From a virus: a stretch of DNA of 64,000 nt. A model generated the notes under the pieces. That model searched no databases. It saw only the letters and a list, made by a program, of their open reading frames with translations, and was not told where the DNA came from. This document shows positions 27,129 through 36,530 of the stretch, piece after piece; position 1 is the stretch's first letter, and each line of letters starts with the position of its first letter. The stretch is taken from IMG/VR virus record IMGVR_UViG_3300047323_000545. One strand, written 5' to 3'. Both the position numbers and the translations under genes were made by a program.

Positions 27129-28451
27129 TCAGGAAGTCGGCATGGTGGGGTCGGACACCAGCGGCTGGAAGTGGATGTAGCGCCACTGCGAGGTGCCGGT
27201 GGACGGGCTGCGGAAGCCGACGCCCTTGCCGCCTGCCAGCGTGGTGACCAGGAGGAAGGTCTGGGAGACGCCGTTGACGTACACCCGGATCTGGCCGGGC
27301 CAGTTCCTCACCGCGACGTGGTCACCGGCCACGATCGGCGTGGTGAAGGTGAAGAACTTCGACAGGGTGCCGTTGATGCACGAGTACAGGCCGGTCGAGG
27401 TCATCTGGTAGTAGTTGTTTGCATCTACCTTTCGCCACACCAGGCCGCCCTCGGCCGTCGCGGTGCCCCAGCGGGTCGTCAGCACCCCGTACTGCCAGTC
27501 CACGTTGAACGAAGCCGTCGCGTTGGCGGCGAGCAGCACGCCGTCCTTGCTGGCCGTGGCGACGCCGTTGACGTTCCATGCTTCGCCGGACGCCGTCACC
27601 GTCAGTCCGTTGCTGTTTGACGGCGGGGGCTGCACGGCGGTGGGGCCCATGTCGTAGTAGAAAAAATCTCCGCTGGCGGGCTGCAGCGCGTCCCACTGGT
27701 ACAGCGCGGTGTCGGTGCCCCGGTAGTCGGCGCCCATGAAGCTGCCGGAGGCCGACATGTCGGAGAACACGGCGGTGTTGGTGGTGCCGTCGGCGTTGCG
27801 CTTGTAGGCGCGCGGCGCGCGGAACGGGAAGCCGATGCAGTTGTCGATCAGGCAGAAGACGTTCTGGCCGAAGGTGGACAGCGTGTACGAGTGGGGGTTG
27901 CCGTCCCACGGCTTGATCGCGGTGGGCAGCGTGATCGCGGCCGAGTCGGCCTTCTCGGCGTCCCATGGACCGACCGCGTTGCCGGAGCCCGGGATGGTCT
28001 GGCGGACGCCGATGGAGTTGTTGCCCTGGGTCAGCGCCACGTACGTACGAGCAGCGCTGGTGCTCTGCCAGATGGTGCCCGGGTGGCGGACCGCGAAGGC
28101 GAAGTCACGCGGCCCCCAGGTGTAGTCGGGGGCCCGGGTGCCGTCCGGGCTGGCCGTGAGGGTGCCGGTGCTCTGCGGGATGACGGAGATGCTGGCCGAG
28201 CCCCGTACGCCGCCGGTGTCCCGCAGGACTCCGTATCCGTCCGGGCTGCCCTTGAACCCGGCGAACCGCGCGAAGCGGTACTGGTCGATGAACCACAGGG
28301 GCGCGGAGACTTCCTCGCCGAGCATCTGCGAGTACGTGTAGGGCACGAGGGAGTAGTCCGGCAGCCCGAGGGTGCCGTCGCCCTTGTCGTCGCGGAGGAA
28401 GCCGTCGATGGTCCCGGCGGCGACCTGGCCGGTTACGGAGTTGGCTGCCAT
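27129..28451 (-). CDS. Minor tail / putative receptor-binding protein (beta-sandwich domains)
   Basis: Located in the fibre cluster; beta-rich, lectin-like C-terminus (IRVYVNG...GVGFR). Confidence 0.55.
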   Translation of the reverse strand: MAANSVTGQVAAGTIDGFLRDDKGDGTLGLPDYSLVPYTYSQMLGEEVSAPLWFIDQYRFARFAGFKGSPDGYGVLRDTGGVRGSASISVIPQSTGTLTASPDGTRAPDYTWGPRDFAFAVRHPGTIWQSTSAARTYVALTQGNNSIGVRQTIPGSGNAVGPWDAEKADSAAITLPTAIKPWDGNPHSYTLSTFGQNVFCLIDNCIGFPFRAPRAYKRNADGTTNTAVFSDMSASGSFMGADYRGTDTALYQWDALQPASGDFFYYDMGPTAVQPPPSNSNGLTVTASGEAWNVNGVATASKDGVLLAANATASFNVDWQYGVLTTRWGTATAEGGLVWRKVDANNYYQMTSTGLYSCINGTLSKFFTFTTPIVAGDHVAVRNWPGQIRVYVNGVSQTFLLVTTLAGGKGVGFRSPSTGTSQWRYIHFQPLVSDPTMPTS

Positions 28452-28458
28452 GTCTCCC

Positions 28459-30072
28459 TCAGGGCGTGGTGTTGTTGGTCAGCAGGCCCAGTCCGGCCAG
28501 CGCGGAGATCAGGTTGCGCAGCGCGAGGTTGCCGCCGTCGGAGCCGGTCACGGTCGGCTTGACGGTGCCCTCCGCGCCGAAGAAGCCCAGCCGACTGGTG
28601 GCGTCCGTGCCGATGTTGACCGTCGTGAGGGCGTACAGCTTGTTCACGATGACGACTGCGTTGAACGGGTAGTCGGGGTTGCCGAACGTGGTCTGCTGGG
28701 CCGCGCTGGTCTTGGAGGCGTCGCCGATGGCCGAGGAGCCGTTGTGGGTGGCGGCCACGACGGTGTTGGCGCCCAGGGCCAGCGCGGCGGGAGCCAGGGC
28801 CTGGGCGTTCTTGCCGATCGCCACGGCGTTGGTGGCGCCGGGGCCGACGTAGGCGGTGGTACCGATGGCGCTACCGGCGGAGCCGTACGCCTTGGCCTGG
28901 CGGCCGATCGCCGTGCCGTCGGTGGAGTCGACGTAAGCGTCCGCGCCGACGGCCGTCCAGCCAGTGCTGGCCAGCGACCCGGTGGCGCGCGCGCCCACGG
29001 CGACCGCGTTCTGAGAGACCGCCTTGGCAGTGGGGCCCACCGCAACGGTGTCTACGGCCGTGGCGTTCGAGCCATTACCAAAGGCCGTGGCGTTGGCGTA
29101 CCACGCCTGTGCCCAGGTGCCGACGGCGATGGAGTTCAGGCCTGAGGAGGTCGCGTTCGCACCCAGTGCTATCGACCCGGTGCCGGACCCGGAGTGGGTG
29201 TGCGCGGGGACCGTGCCGCCGTACATGATCTGCAGGCCGGTCATCCATGCCTCATGGCCGGTGCCCGCGACGAAGGTGGCCGCGCCCTTGAACTCGACGG
29301 AGACGGACTGGTAGGTGCCAGCGGCCAGCGGGTAGCGGTAGAAGCCCCACGGCCGGGTCTGGGTGATCGTCTCCAGCACGGTCTTCGTGCCGCCCTGCGT
29401 GGTGGCCGCGATGATGACGCTTTCACCGGTGGCCAGGCTCGGCCGTACCCACAGCGAGACGAAGCCCGCCTCGGCGAGGGTGAAGCCCGGCGCGAGGGCG
29501 ACGAGGTCGGCCGCGTTGCCGGTGTGCCTGGCGTGCAGGGACCGGGTGAGACCCCAGTCGGTGGGCGCCTCGGCCGGGTAGTCGCGGGTGCTGGTCGCGG
29601 CCTGCGTGAACGACCAGCCTGCCGGGTCACGGGCGAGTGCGAAGTCCTCGTGGATGACGGTGACCCTCGGCGTGACGCCGGAGTTGGCCGGGACCGGCCC
29701 CCACACGGCCTGGCCCGGGGTGTCACCGGCCAGCAGCACGTTGCCGGGCACCTGCTCGCCGACGATGAGCAGCGGGCTGTCGGTGCGGGCGGTTTCCTCC
29801 GGCGGCGGCGGCCCGTCGAGGTAGACCAGGATGTCGGAGAAGCCGTCCTTCTGGACCAGGACCGACACACGCTGCGGCTCGTCCATCCAGAAGTCGATCA
29901 CGCCGTTGGCGGTGACGAACGGATTCGTCAGCTGATCGTTGCCGGTGGGCCCCGCGTACAGCGGCTGGGCCACCTTCACCGACTGCCCGGACTCACGCAC
30001 GGTGACCTGCGCGCCGTACAGCAGGTCGCCTGTCTCGCCGGTGATCGGCCGCATCACGTGTGCTCGCGCCAC
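28459..30072 (-). CDS. Tail fibre protein with ~12 YadA-like 14-residue repeats (paralog 2)
   Basis: SIALG, SIAVG, ATAFG, TVAVG, AVAVG... periodicity; GAGGAGG RBS before GTG 30072. Confidence 0.7.
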   Translation of the reverse strand: MARAHVMRPITGETGDLLYGAQVTVRESGQSVKVAQPLYAGPTGNDQLTNPFVTANGVIDFWMDEPQRVSVLVQKDGFSDILVYLDGPPPPEETARTDSPLLIVGEQVPGNVLLAGDTPGQAVWGPVPANSGVTPRVTVIHEDFALARDPAGWSFTQAATSTRDYPAEAPTDWGLTRSLHARHTGNAADLVALAPGFTLAEAGFVSLWVRPSLATGESVIIAATTQGGTKTVLETITQTRPWGFYRYPLAAGTYQSVSVEFKGAATFVAGTGHEAWMTGLQIMYGGTVPAHTHSGSGTGSIALGANATSSGLNSIAVGTWAQAWYANATAFGNGSNATAVDTVAVGPTAKAVSQNAVAVGARATGSLASTGWTAVGADAYVDSTDGTAIGRQAKAYGSAGSAIGTTAYVGPGATNAVAIGKNAQALAPAALALGANTVVAATHNGSSAIGDASKTSAAQQTTFGNPDYPFNAVVIVNKLYALTTVNIGTDATSRLGFFGAEGTVKPTVTGSDGGNLALRNLISALAGLGLLTNNTTP

Positions 30073-30085
30073 TTCGCCTCCCTCG

Positions 30086-30119
30086 TCACCCCTTCGGTCA
30101 CCAGGGAGGCGTGGCACAG
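30086..30119 (-). promoter_or_regulatory. Putative late promoter CTGT-N21-AAGGGGTGA
   Basis: Exact consensus, upstream of a separate RBS. Confidence 0.65.
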
Positions 30120-30128
30120 CAACCGGCG

Positions 30129-30950
30129 TCAGCCTCCGCCGGGGTCACCCGGCAGCGGGTCCCCGCCATCGCCCGAGCTTTCACCCGTGCCCTCGTCCGG
30201 CTCCGGCGGCGGCACGTAGGTCGGCAGCTTCTGGGTGTACAGCAGCCCCTCGTTCGTGACGCCGAGCATGAAGGTGCTGCCGTTGGGGCTCTGCAGCGCG
30301 ATCCCGCCAGGGAAGAAGGCGGTGTCGGCCGCCGTACCGATGACGACCTGGTGGGGCCGGTCGGTCTGGGCGCCCGCTCCGATCGCGACAGAGCGGTTGA
30401 ACATCGCCCGCGCCGCGTCGCCGAGGGCCGTGGACTGGGAGCCCTGAGCCAGCGCCGACTGCCCGACGGCCACGGCCCCGGGCGCCGTGGCGTCCGACTG
30501 GGAGCCTGCGGCCAGGGCGCCGATGTCGGAGGCCGTCGCCTGCTCGCCCAGGGCCACGGTGGAGTCGGCGATGGCCTGGGTGCCCTGGCCGAGGGCGGTG
30601 GCGTGCACGCCGGTGGCGCTCGCGCCGACACCGATCTGGAGGGACTGGGCTCCGGAGCCGGGGTGGGTGGAGTCGGAGTTGACGGCGGTCACATCGACGT
30701 TGTCCCAGAACTCCTCCGGGTCCGCACCGACCTGGACGCCGATGCGCACGCGGTCCGGGGCGTCGAGGTAGAAGTCCACCTCGCCGGTCGTGACCGTCCA
30801 CGGGTTGGTGTAGGTCGTGCCGCCGGTGGCCTGGGCGTAGATGGTCTGGCCGTAGAAGGTCGTGGTGCCGGGGACCAGGAGCCGCACCGTGGCGGTGGGC
30901 ACCTGGTTGCCCTGCAGATCGAGCAGGGCGCGGTTGAAGTGCGCGCGCAC
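30129..30950 (-). CDS. Tail fibre protein with YadA-like repeats (paralog 1)
   Basis: ATALG, TVALG, AVAVG, STALG, SVAIG repeats. Confidence 0.7.
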   Translation of the reverse strand: MRAHFNRALLDLQGNQVPTATVRLLVPGTTTFYGQTIYAQATGGTTYTNPWTVTTGEVDFYLDAPDRVRIGVQVGADPEEFWDNVDVTAVNSDSTHPGSGAQSLQIGVGASATGVHATALGQGTQAIADSTVALGEQATASDIGALAAGSQSDATAPGAVAVGQSALAQGSQSTALGDAARAMFNRSVAIGAGAQTDRPHQVVIGTAADTAFFPGGIALQSPNGSTFMLGVTNEGLLYTQKLPTYVPPPEPDEGTGESSGDGGDPLPGDPGGG

Positions 30951-30959
30951 GTCGGCTCC

Positions 30960-33900
30960 TTAGCGGTTGAGGACGAAGGCGTCGGTGAGGATGTGGCGAG
31001 CCAGCGCGGGCGGAGCGCCCTCGTTGGTGCCCTCGGCCACCGCGTCGGGCAGGGTGATCGTGGGCAGCGGGTCGGTCTTCGGGGCGTTCTGCTGCATCCA
31101 CTGGCGGAACGCGAGCCACCAGTCCTCGGGGATGGGGCTGGTCCAGCCCTGGAACAGCGGGTCGGAGTCCACCGGCGGGTAGTAGTCGGCCAGGGAGCTG
31201 GCGGCCCCGGCGGCCTGCAGGGTGTCCTGGTAGGGCACCGCGCCGCTCAGCGTGGCGTACCAGGGCCGCAGGATGACCGAGGACAGCGACAGGTTGGAGG
31301 CGTAGCCGGTGGCCCTCCAGCGCAGCTGCGTGCCGCCGGAGCGGTCGGTGTTGGGCAGGTCCGGGAACTGGAAGACGCCGCGCGGGTTGTTCTTGATGTC
31401 GATCATCTCGTACCAGTTCACGCCGCCGTCGCGGGAGATCTCCCAGATGATCGGGTCGTTGAAGACCGCCAGCGAGTCGACGTGCCACACGCCGGTGCCC
31501 GCGCTGCCCTCCTGGATGACCCGGACGCGGACGTCGTGGACGTCGTCCACGTCCCAGTCCTGGGCGACGTCGCCCCACATGCCGAGGGTCTCCATCTCCG
31601 ACCACTTGCGGGTGCCATGGACCGACACGGCGTCCCAGGTGAGCGGGTTGGGCGGGCTGGTGTCGACGGTGGCACCCACGTACCACTCGCCGATCTGCGC
31701 CGAGTCGAAGCTGTGCGAGGCCGACGCGATGATCCGGCCGTCGCCGTTGACCAGCTGCAGCAGTAGCGGCGCGGCCAGCGGGCCGTCGGTGTAGACGCGT
31801 GCCGCCGCATACAGACGGCCGCGCGGCGCCGGGGTCACCGGCCGCAGCGACTCGATGCCGCCGAAGTCGGCCTCAGAGGTGGCGTTCTCGATCTCCCACC
31901 ACAGCGGCCGGTTCGGCAGCGGGTCGGAGTCCTCGATGTCACCCCAGGTCGCGAAGCGGGACTCCAGCGAGCCCCAGGAGGACGCCGAGTGGCCGCGAGC
32001 GACCCTGGCCATGCGGCCGATCGTGGAGGCGAACTCGTTCGAGGACTCCGCCGTGGCGTCGCCGACCGGCCGCCAGAAGTGCAGGCTCGGGTCGTCGAAG
32101 TCCGGGTCGGCGACCAGCTGCTGAGGCTGGGACGTCTGCGCGGCGAACTGCACCGCCAGCACGCGCCGCTTGGACACGAACGTCTTGGAGACCGTCTGCG
32201 CACCGTCGGACGGCGGCTGCTCGGTGGTGACCATCGCAGTGCCGGTGTGCTTCCAGCCACCCTGCTGGGACGCGTCGTAGCCGGACAGGTAGGCCGTGTC
32301 ATGGAACAGCTCGACGTACTGCTCGGTGTCCCGCTGCGCGACCGGGTCGGCCAGGTAGGCCAGCACCTGGCTGATCGCCACGGTGTAACCCACCTTCGTG
32401 TCCATGGCCATCTGCACCACGTGGTAGCGGTGCACGCCCGTGCTGGTGAAGCGCGGCGCCTGAGTGCCCGGCAGCGGCATGTACGGGAACCGCTGCCCGG
32501 AGCGGCGCAGCTGCTGGGCCGCGAGCGGGTCCGGCGCGTACAGGGCCTCCGTGGCCAGGTACGGGCTGCTGTTGGCCGTGGAGGACACGATCCGGTTGGC
32601 GTCCACGTACTGGTAGACCGCGCCCTGCTCGGTGGCGACCCGGGCGCCCGCCGGGGCTGCACCGGAGACCTGCGTGCCGGAGGCGACGATGCTGGAGCCC
32701 TGCCCGGTGTCGGCCGGGAACAGCCTGGTCTCCACCAGAGGGCTGGCCTGGGATGGCGTGAGCACCATCGGCTGCAGGTTGGTGAACTCCATCTTGAGGT
32801 GCCGGGCCTTGATCGGCCGGAACTTCATCAGCCCCTTGCGCAGGACGAAGTCCCCGGGGACCGGCGTCCACACCAGGTCGTCCAGGGCGACCGGCGGCCC
32901 GCCGATCAGCCCCCACGGGCACACCGAGTCCTCCCCGGCCGTGATCAGGCTGGGGTCCATGCGCAGGATCGCACTGGCGCTGGTGTGCGCGAGGGCGTCC
33001 TTCCCGTAGCCGGGGCCGAGGGCGTAGGAGGCCGGGTCGTCCCAGTACGCCTCGACGGTGTCGACGTCGGCGGCCCGGCCGAGCGCGAGGAAGAGGTTGC
33101 GCAGCCGGATCGAGCCGCCCGGACCGGACAGCGGGCCGCCGAGCCGAACCACGGTCGGGGGCGCCTGGTCAACGACGTGGGCTGCCTCCTGGATCCGGGT
33201 CAGCCACGGGGTGCGCACAGTCAAGGTCGACCCGTCGTAGGCAACTGCCAGCGGGATGCGCTCGTTGACCCCGAACGTGACTGAGTCCATCTCCACCGTG
33301 CGGTCGCCCAGGCGGACCTTGACCGACCCGGACTCGATCCAGACGGTCAGGGCCGGGGTGTCCAGGACGGTGAACTTTCCGGTGTCGCCAGAGGTGAACT
33401 GGGGGTAGACCACCATGCCCAGCAGGAAAGGCTGAGCCGGGTCGAACTGGAGCGCCCGGTTGTCCACGTCCAGGTAGGAGTTGACCGAGTCAAACAGCAC
33501 GCCCTCGCTGTCAACGGCCGGGGTGTCCGTACTTGCCCGGACAAGAGGCGAGGTCAGAGGGGTGTCGCACGGCTCGAACCGCTCGGGCACCACCGTGGCG
33601 TCGGTGTAGTACAGGTTGCACGAAACCCCGGACGTGACCGGGTCAAGGTACAGCCGGTCGATAACTTGAGCGCTGCCGTCCGAGGTCCGCAGGTCCAGGT
33701 ACAGGCTTGCCACGGCGTTCGGGACCGGCTGCGGCGCGCACCGCCACACGCCGGACGCGGGCGGCACCAGGTTGTCTGCCCGGTTGCGCCGGAGCAGGTA
33801 GTCAACCTGGGAGCCGAGCAGGTCGGTTGACCCGGCGATCGGCACCGTGTGCTCGGCATCCTGCTGCGGCAGCCACGGCAGGTCAGTCAAGCTGGAGGCA

Positions 33901-35141
33901 CGGTACGAGACAAGCGCGTCCTTGACTCCCAGCGAGTACGACACCGGCTGGTTGTCCGAGCCGCGCGGGTACGCCGACGACGGCAGGCGGGTCATGATGA
34001 TCCTGAACCGGCTCGCGGAGACCGGCTGGACGTCGACCTCCTGCGCCATCCAGTGCCCGGCTCCGAAGTGCTGCGGGTGCAGCTTGAGGTTGTCCGGGAC
34101 ACCCGCAGGGATGACTGCCGGGACCGAGTCCAGGATGCTGATCTGGACCGGGCCGCCCAGGCGCGCGTTCTGCAGCGGCTTCCACAGCCCGTCGGCGTCG
34201 CGGTACTGCACCCAGGCCCGCTGGGGGAACCGGGCCAGGGAGAACGAGATGCGGTTGACCGGCCGGGCCGTGGCCAGAGAGAACTCGAAGACGTCCCGTG
34301 TCGGGTCACCGTTATTGCGCGGCGGGCTTGACCAGAACCGCTCCGTGTTGCCTGCCGCCTGCCGCTGGGTTGACAGGCGCAGCGCGTCCTTGAGCGAGTC
34401 AAGGGGCATGCCGTCTACAGTCAAGGGAGCCAGCGCCGGGATCCCGAAGTCACCCGACGCCGACCCTGTGCCGGTCACGGGCTGGGCAACCCGGCCCTTC
34501 CATGCCGAGCCGACGGCCTTGCCCGGCACATCCAGGCCGTTGAGCGCCGTCTGGATCGCGGTCATGTAGGCGTAGAAGTCGGACGTGCGCGCCCCGCTGT
34601 CCCGCCCGACCCGGGTGAAGTCCTCGAAGAAGGACTGCCGCTGCGCCAGCGACAGCTCCATCTGCACGCCCATGAGCCGGGCGTCCTTGTTGGTGATGTT
34701 CGCCGGGTCGCTGCCGTTCAGCTCGTCGCTGCCAGGCGCAACCGTGAACCCTGCCTGCTCCAGGGCCGCCTTGATCCGCTCACCGGTCTCCGTGTCCAGG
34801 CCACCGACGAAGGTGACCGGGTCGCTTCCAGCGGCGCCGTGCCAGGAGATGACGTAGTCGGCGGCGGCCACCAGGTCCAGGGCCTGCGGCTCGTCGAAGT
34901 TCGTCGAGGTGATGTGCAGGTTGCTGTTCCCCGAGGACAGCATGCCGTCGAAGGAGTAGAACCGGCTGGCCGACCCGGCCAGGTAGTCCGCGATCTCCGT
35001 GGTACCCGGCTCGATGCCACCGCCGTGGATGGCGATGTGCGCCAGCCGGGAGCCGGGCGGCGTACGGACCAGAATGCGGTAGTCCACACCGATCTGGCGC
35101 GCGGCTGCCAGCGCGGCATAGTTGGCGTACAGATCGGCCAC
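30960..35141 (-). CDS. Large tail/baseplate protein with N-terminal poly-gamma-glutamate hydrolase (PghP-like) domain and beta-sandwich modules
   Basis: HGGGIEPGT, LHITSTNFDEP, ISWHG, NITN, GVQMELS in the first ~195 aa; LamG/CBM-like regions downstream. Confidence 0.75.
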   Translation of the reverse strand: MADLYANYAALAAARQIGVDYRILVRTPPGSRLAHIAIHGGGIEPGTTEIADYLAGSASRFYSFDGMLSSGNSNLHITSTNFDEPQALDLVAAADYVISWHGAAGSDPVTFVGGLDTETGERIKAALEQAGFTVAPGSDELNGSDPANITNKDARLMGVQMELSLAQRQSFFEDFTRVGRDSGARTSDFYAYMTAIQTALNGLDVPGKAVGSAWKGRVAQPVTGTGSASGDFGIPALAPLTVDGMPLDSLKDALRLSTQRQAAGNTERFWSSPPRNNGDPTRDVFEFSLATARPVNRISFSLARFPQRAWVQYRDADGLWKPLQNARLGGPVQISILDSVPAVIPAGVPDNLKLHPQHFGAGHWMAQEVDVQPVSASRFRIIMTRLPSSAYPRGSDNQPVSYSLGVKDALVSYRASSLTDLPWLPQQDAEHTVPIAGSTDLLGSQVDYLLRRNRADNLVPPASGVWRCAPQPVPNAVASLYLDLRTSDGSAQVIDRLYLDPVTSGVSCNLYYTDATVVPERFEPCDTPLTSPLVRASTDTPAVDSEGVLFDSVNSYLDVDNRALQFDPAQPFLLGMVVYPQFTSGDTGKFTVLDTPALTVWIESGSVKVRLGDRTVEMDSVTFGVNERIPLAVAYDGSTLTVRTPWLTRIQEAAHVVDQAPPTVVRLGGPLSGPGGSIRLRNLFLALGRAADVDTVEAYWDDPASYALGPGYGKDALAHTSASAILRMDPSLITAGEDSVCPWGLIGGPPVALDDLVWTPVPGDFVLRKGLMKFRPIKARHLKMEFTNLQPMVLTPSQASPLVETRLFPADTGQGSSIVASGTQVSGAAPAGARVATEQGAVYQYVDANRIVSSTANSSPYLATEALYAPDPLAAQQLRRSGQRFPYMPLPGTQAPRFTSTGVHRYHVVQMAMDTKVGYTVAISQVLAYLADPVAQRDTEQYVELFHDTAYLSGYDASQQGGWKHTGTAMVTTEQPPSDGAQTVSKTFVSKRRVLAVQFAAQTSQPQQLVADPDFDDPSLHFWRPVGDATAESSNEFASTIGRMARVARGHSASSWGSLESRFATWGDIEDSDPLPNRPLWWEIENATSEADFGGIESLRPVTPAPRGRLYAAARVYTDGPLAAPLLLQLVNGDGRIIASASHSFDSAQIGEWYVGATVDTSPPNPLTWDAVSVHGTRKWSEMETLGMWGDVAQDWDVDDVHDVRVRVIQEGSAGTGVWHVDSLAVFNDPIIWEISRDGGVNWYEMIDIKNNPRGVFQFPDLPNTDRSGGTQLRWRATGYASNLSLSSVILRPWYATLSGAVPYQDTLQAAGAASSLADYYPPVDSDPLFQGWTSPIPEDWWLAFRQWMQQNAPKTDPLPTITLPDAVAEGTNEGAPPALARHILTDAFVLNR

Positions 35142-35158
35142 TGGTGGTCCTCCTCAGC

Positions 35159-35193
35159 TCACCCCTTGAGGGCGGATGAGAAGGACCGGACAG
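35159..35193 (-). promoter_or_regulatory. Putative late promoter CTGT-N22-AAGGGGTGA
   Basis: Exact consensus. Confidence 0.65.
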
Positions 35194-35195
35194 GG

Positions 35196-36530
35196 TCAGT
35201 CGGTCGTCAGGACGGTGCGGCGGTCACCGGAGTACGGGTTGGCGATGAGCACACCGTCACCCCCGGCACGCGCGGCGTGGCTCAGCAACGGGTCAAGCGC
35301 ACCGAGGGAGGCACGGTAGACAGTCAAGGTGCCATCCCTCCAAACAACCGTCTGGTCATCCGAGGCAAGGTCGGCGTCCGGCACCGCTCCAGGCGCGGTG
35401 AAGTCGGCCGGGTCGTCCGGACTGACCGCGTAGGAGCGACAGGTCGGGACCTGCTGGCCGTACGACCACTCGTCCCCGAGCCGGGTGGTCAGCGGCGGCC
35501 GGGGCAGCACCCGGGCCGAACCCGGATCCACCCCGTCCTGCTGCTGGATCGCCGACAGCGGGTAGGGGTTCGTGCTGGTCGGCACCTGACTCGGGGTGAC
35601 CTGCGGGACGATCTCCCAGTTCTCACTGTCTGAGCGCACCCCGGCAATACCGCGCGCCACCAGAGCCGAAGTGCCCTGCGTATCGACCGTGAGAAGCATG
35701 TGAGCAGGCTTGATCCGCTCAAGAACACGCACCAGCGCCGACTCGTCGCTGGCCTGCTGCGCCCGGCCCTCCGGGGTCGTCGGGTAGTCGCGGTTGACCC
35801 GGACCAGGACCTCGGAACGGGTCAGGGAACCCGAGCGGCCGTAGAACGGCGTGCCCTCCAGAGCGCCCCAGATCTCACCCTCGTAGTCGCTCCAGTGACC
35901 GGCCTCCATCCAGGCCCAAGTGTGCGCGACCTCGTCCGCGTCCCCGGCGGCATCGAGCAGCGCCCAGGACTCGTAGACGTCGACCTCGACTCCGGTGATG
36001 GCCTCGGCCGCCGCCTGCAGGCCCGGCACGGTGCCGCCCGTCGCGACGGCCTTGGCCAGCGCGGTCATCCGGTCCCGGAAGGACGCGTCGGCAGCCTCGA
36101 TCGAGTCCCACTCGGCAGCCGTGGCGGTCGCCGTCTCCATCGGGTTGATCGGCAGGACCTCGGCATCGTTCCTGGTGGCGTTGAAGATCGCCCCATAGAA
36201 CCGGTCGAGATCGAAAAACCTTGCCCCCGAGACGGACAGGCTCTGCAACTGGGCCACCAGCAGCCGCTTGCGGAGCTGGCCGACACCAGAGTCCCCGAGG
36301 AGCGCCTGCATCAGGCGGACCAAGTGCGAGGTGGGCCGGAGGTCGTAGACCTCCTCAGGGAAGTGACGCAGCTGCTCGGCGACGGCCGTGTCGGCCACGA
36401 GCATGCCGGTGCCGCTGGCCAGCGCGGTGGACTGCGGCACGGTGACGTCGGCCTGCAGCGGAATCAGGCCGCCCGGGATGACGGCGGTCCCGAAAGTGCC
36501 GCTGCCCTGGTGGAGGAAGTCGTCTGCCAT
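35196..36530 (-). CDS. Baseplate wedge protein (P2 gpI-like position)
   Basis: Follows baseplate J; GGTVPGLQAAAEA and LERIKPAH motifs. Confidence 0.6.
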   Translation of the reverse strand: MADDFLHQGSGTFGTAVIPGGLIPLQADVTVPQSTALASGTGMLVADTAVAEQLRHFPEEVYDLRPTSHLVRLMQALLGDSGVGQLRKRLLVAQLQSLSVSGARFFDLDRFYGAIFNATRNDAEVLPINPMETATATAAEWDSIEAADASFRDRMTALAKAVATGGTVPGLQAAAEAITGVEVDVYESWALLDAAGDADEVAHTWAWMEAGHWSDYEGEIWGALEGTPFYGRSGSLTRSEVLVRVNRDYPTTPEGRAQQASDESALVRVLERIKPAHMLLTVDTQGTSALVARGIAGVRSDSENWEIVPQVTPSQVPTSTNPYPLSAIQQQDGVDPGSARVLPRPPLTTRLGDEWSYGQQVPTCRSYAVSPDDPADFTAPGAVPDADLASDDQTVVWRDGTLTVYRASLGALDPLLSHAARAGGDGVLIANPYSGDRRTVLTTD

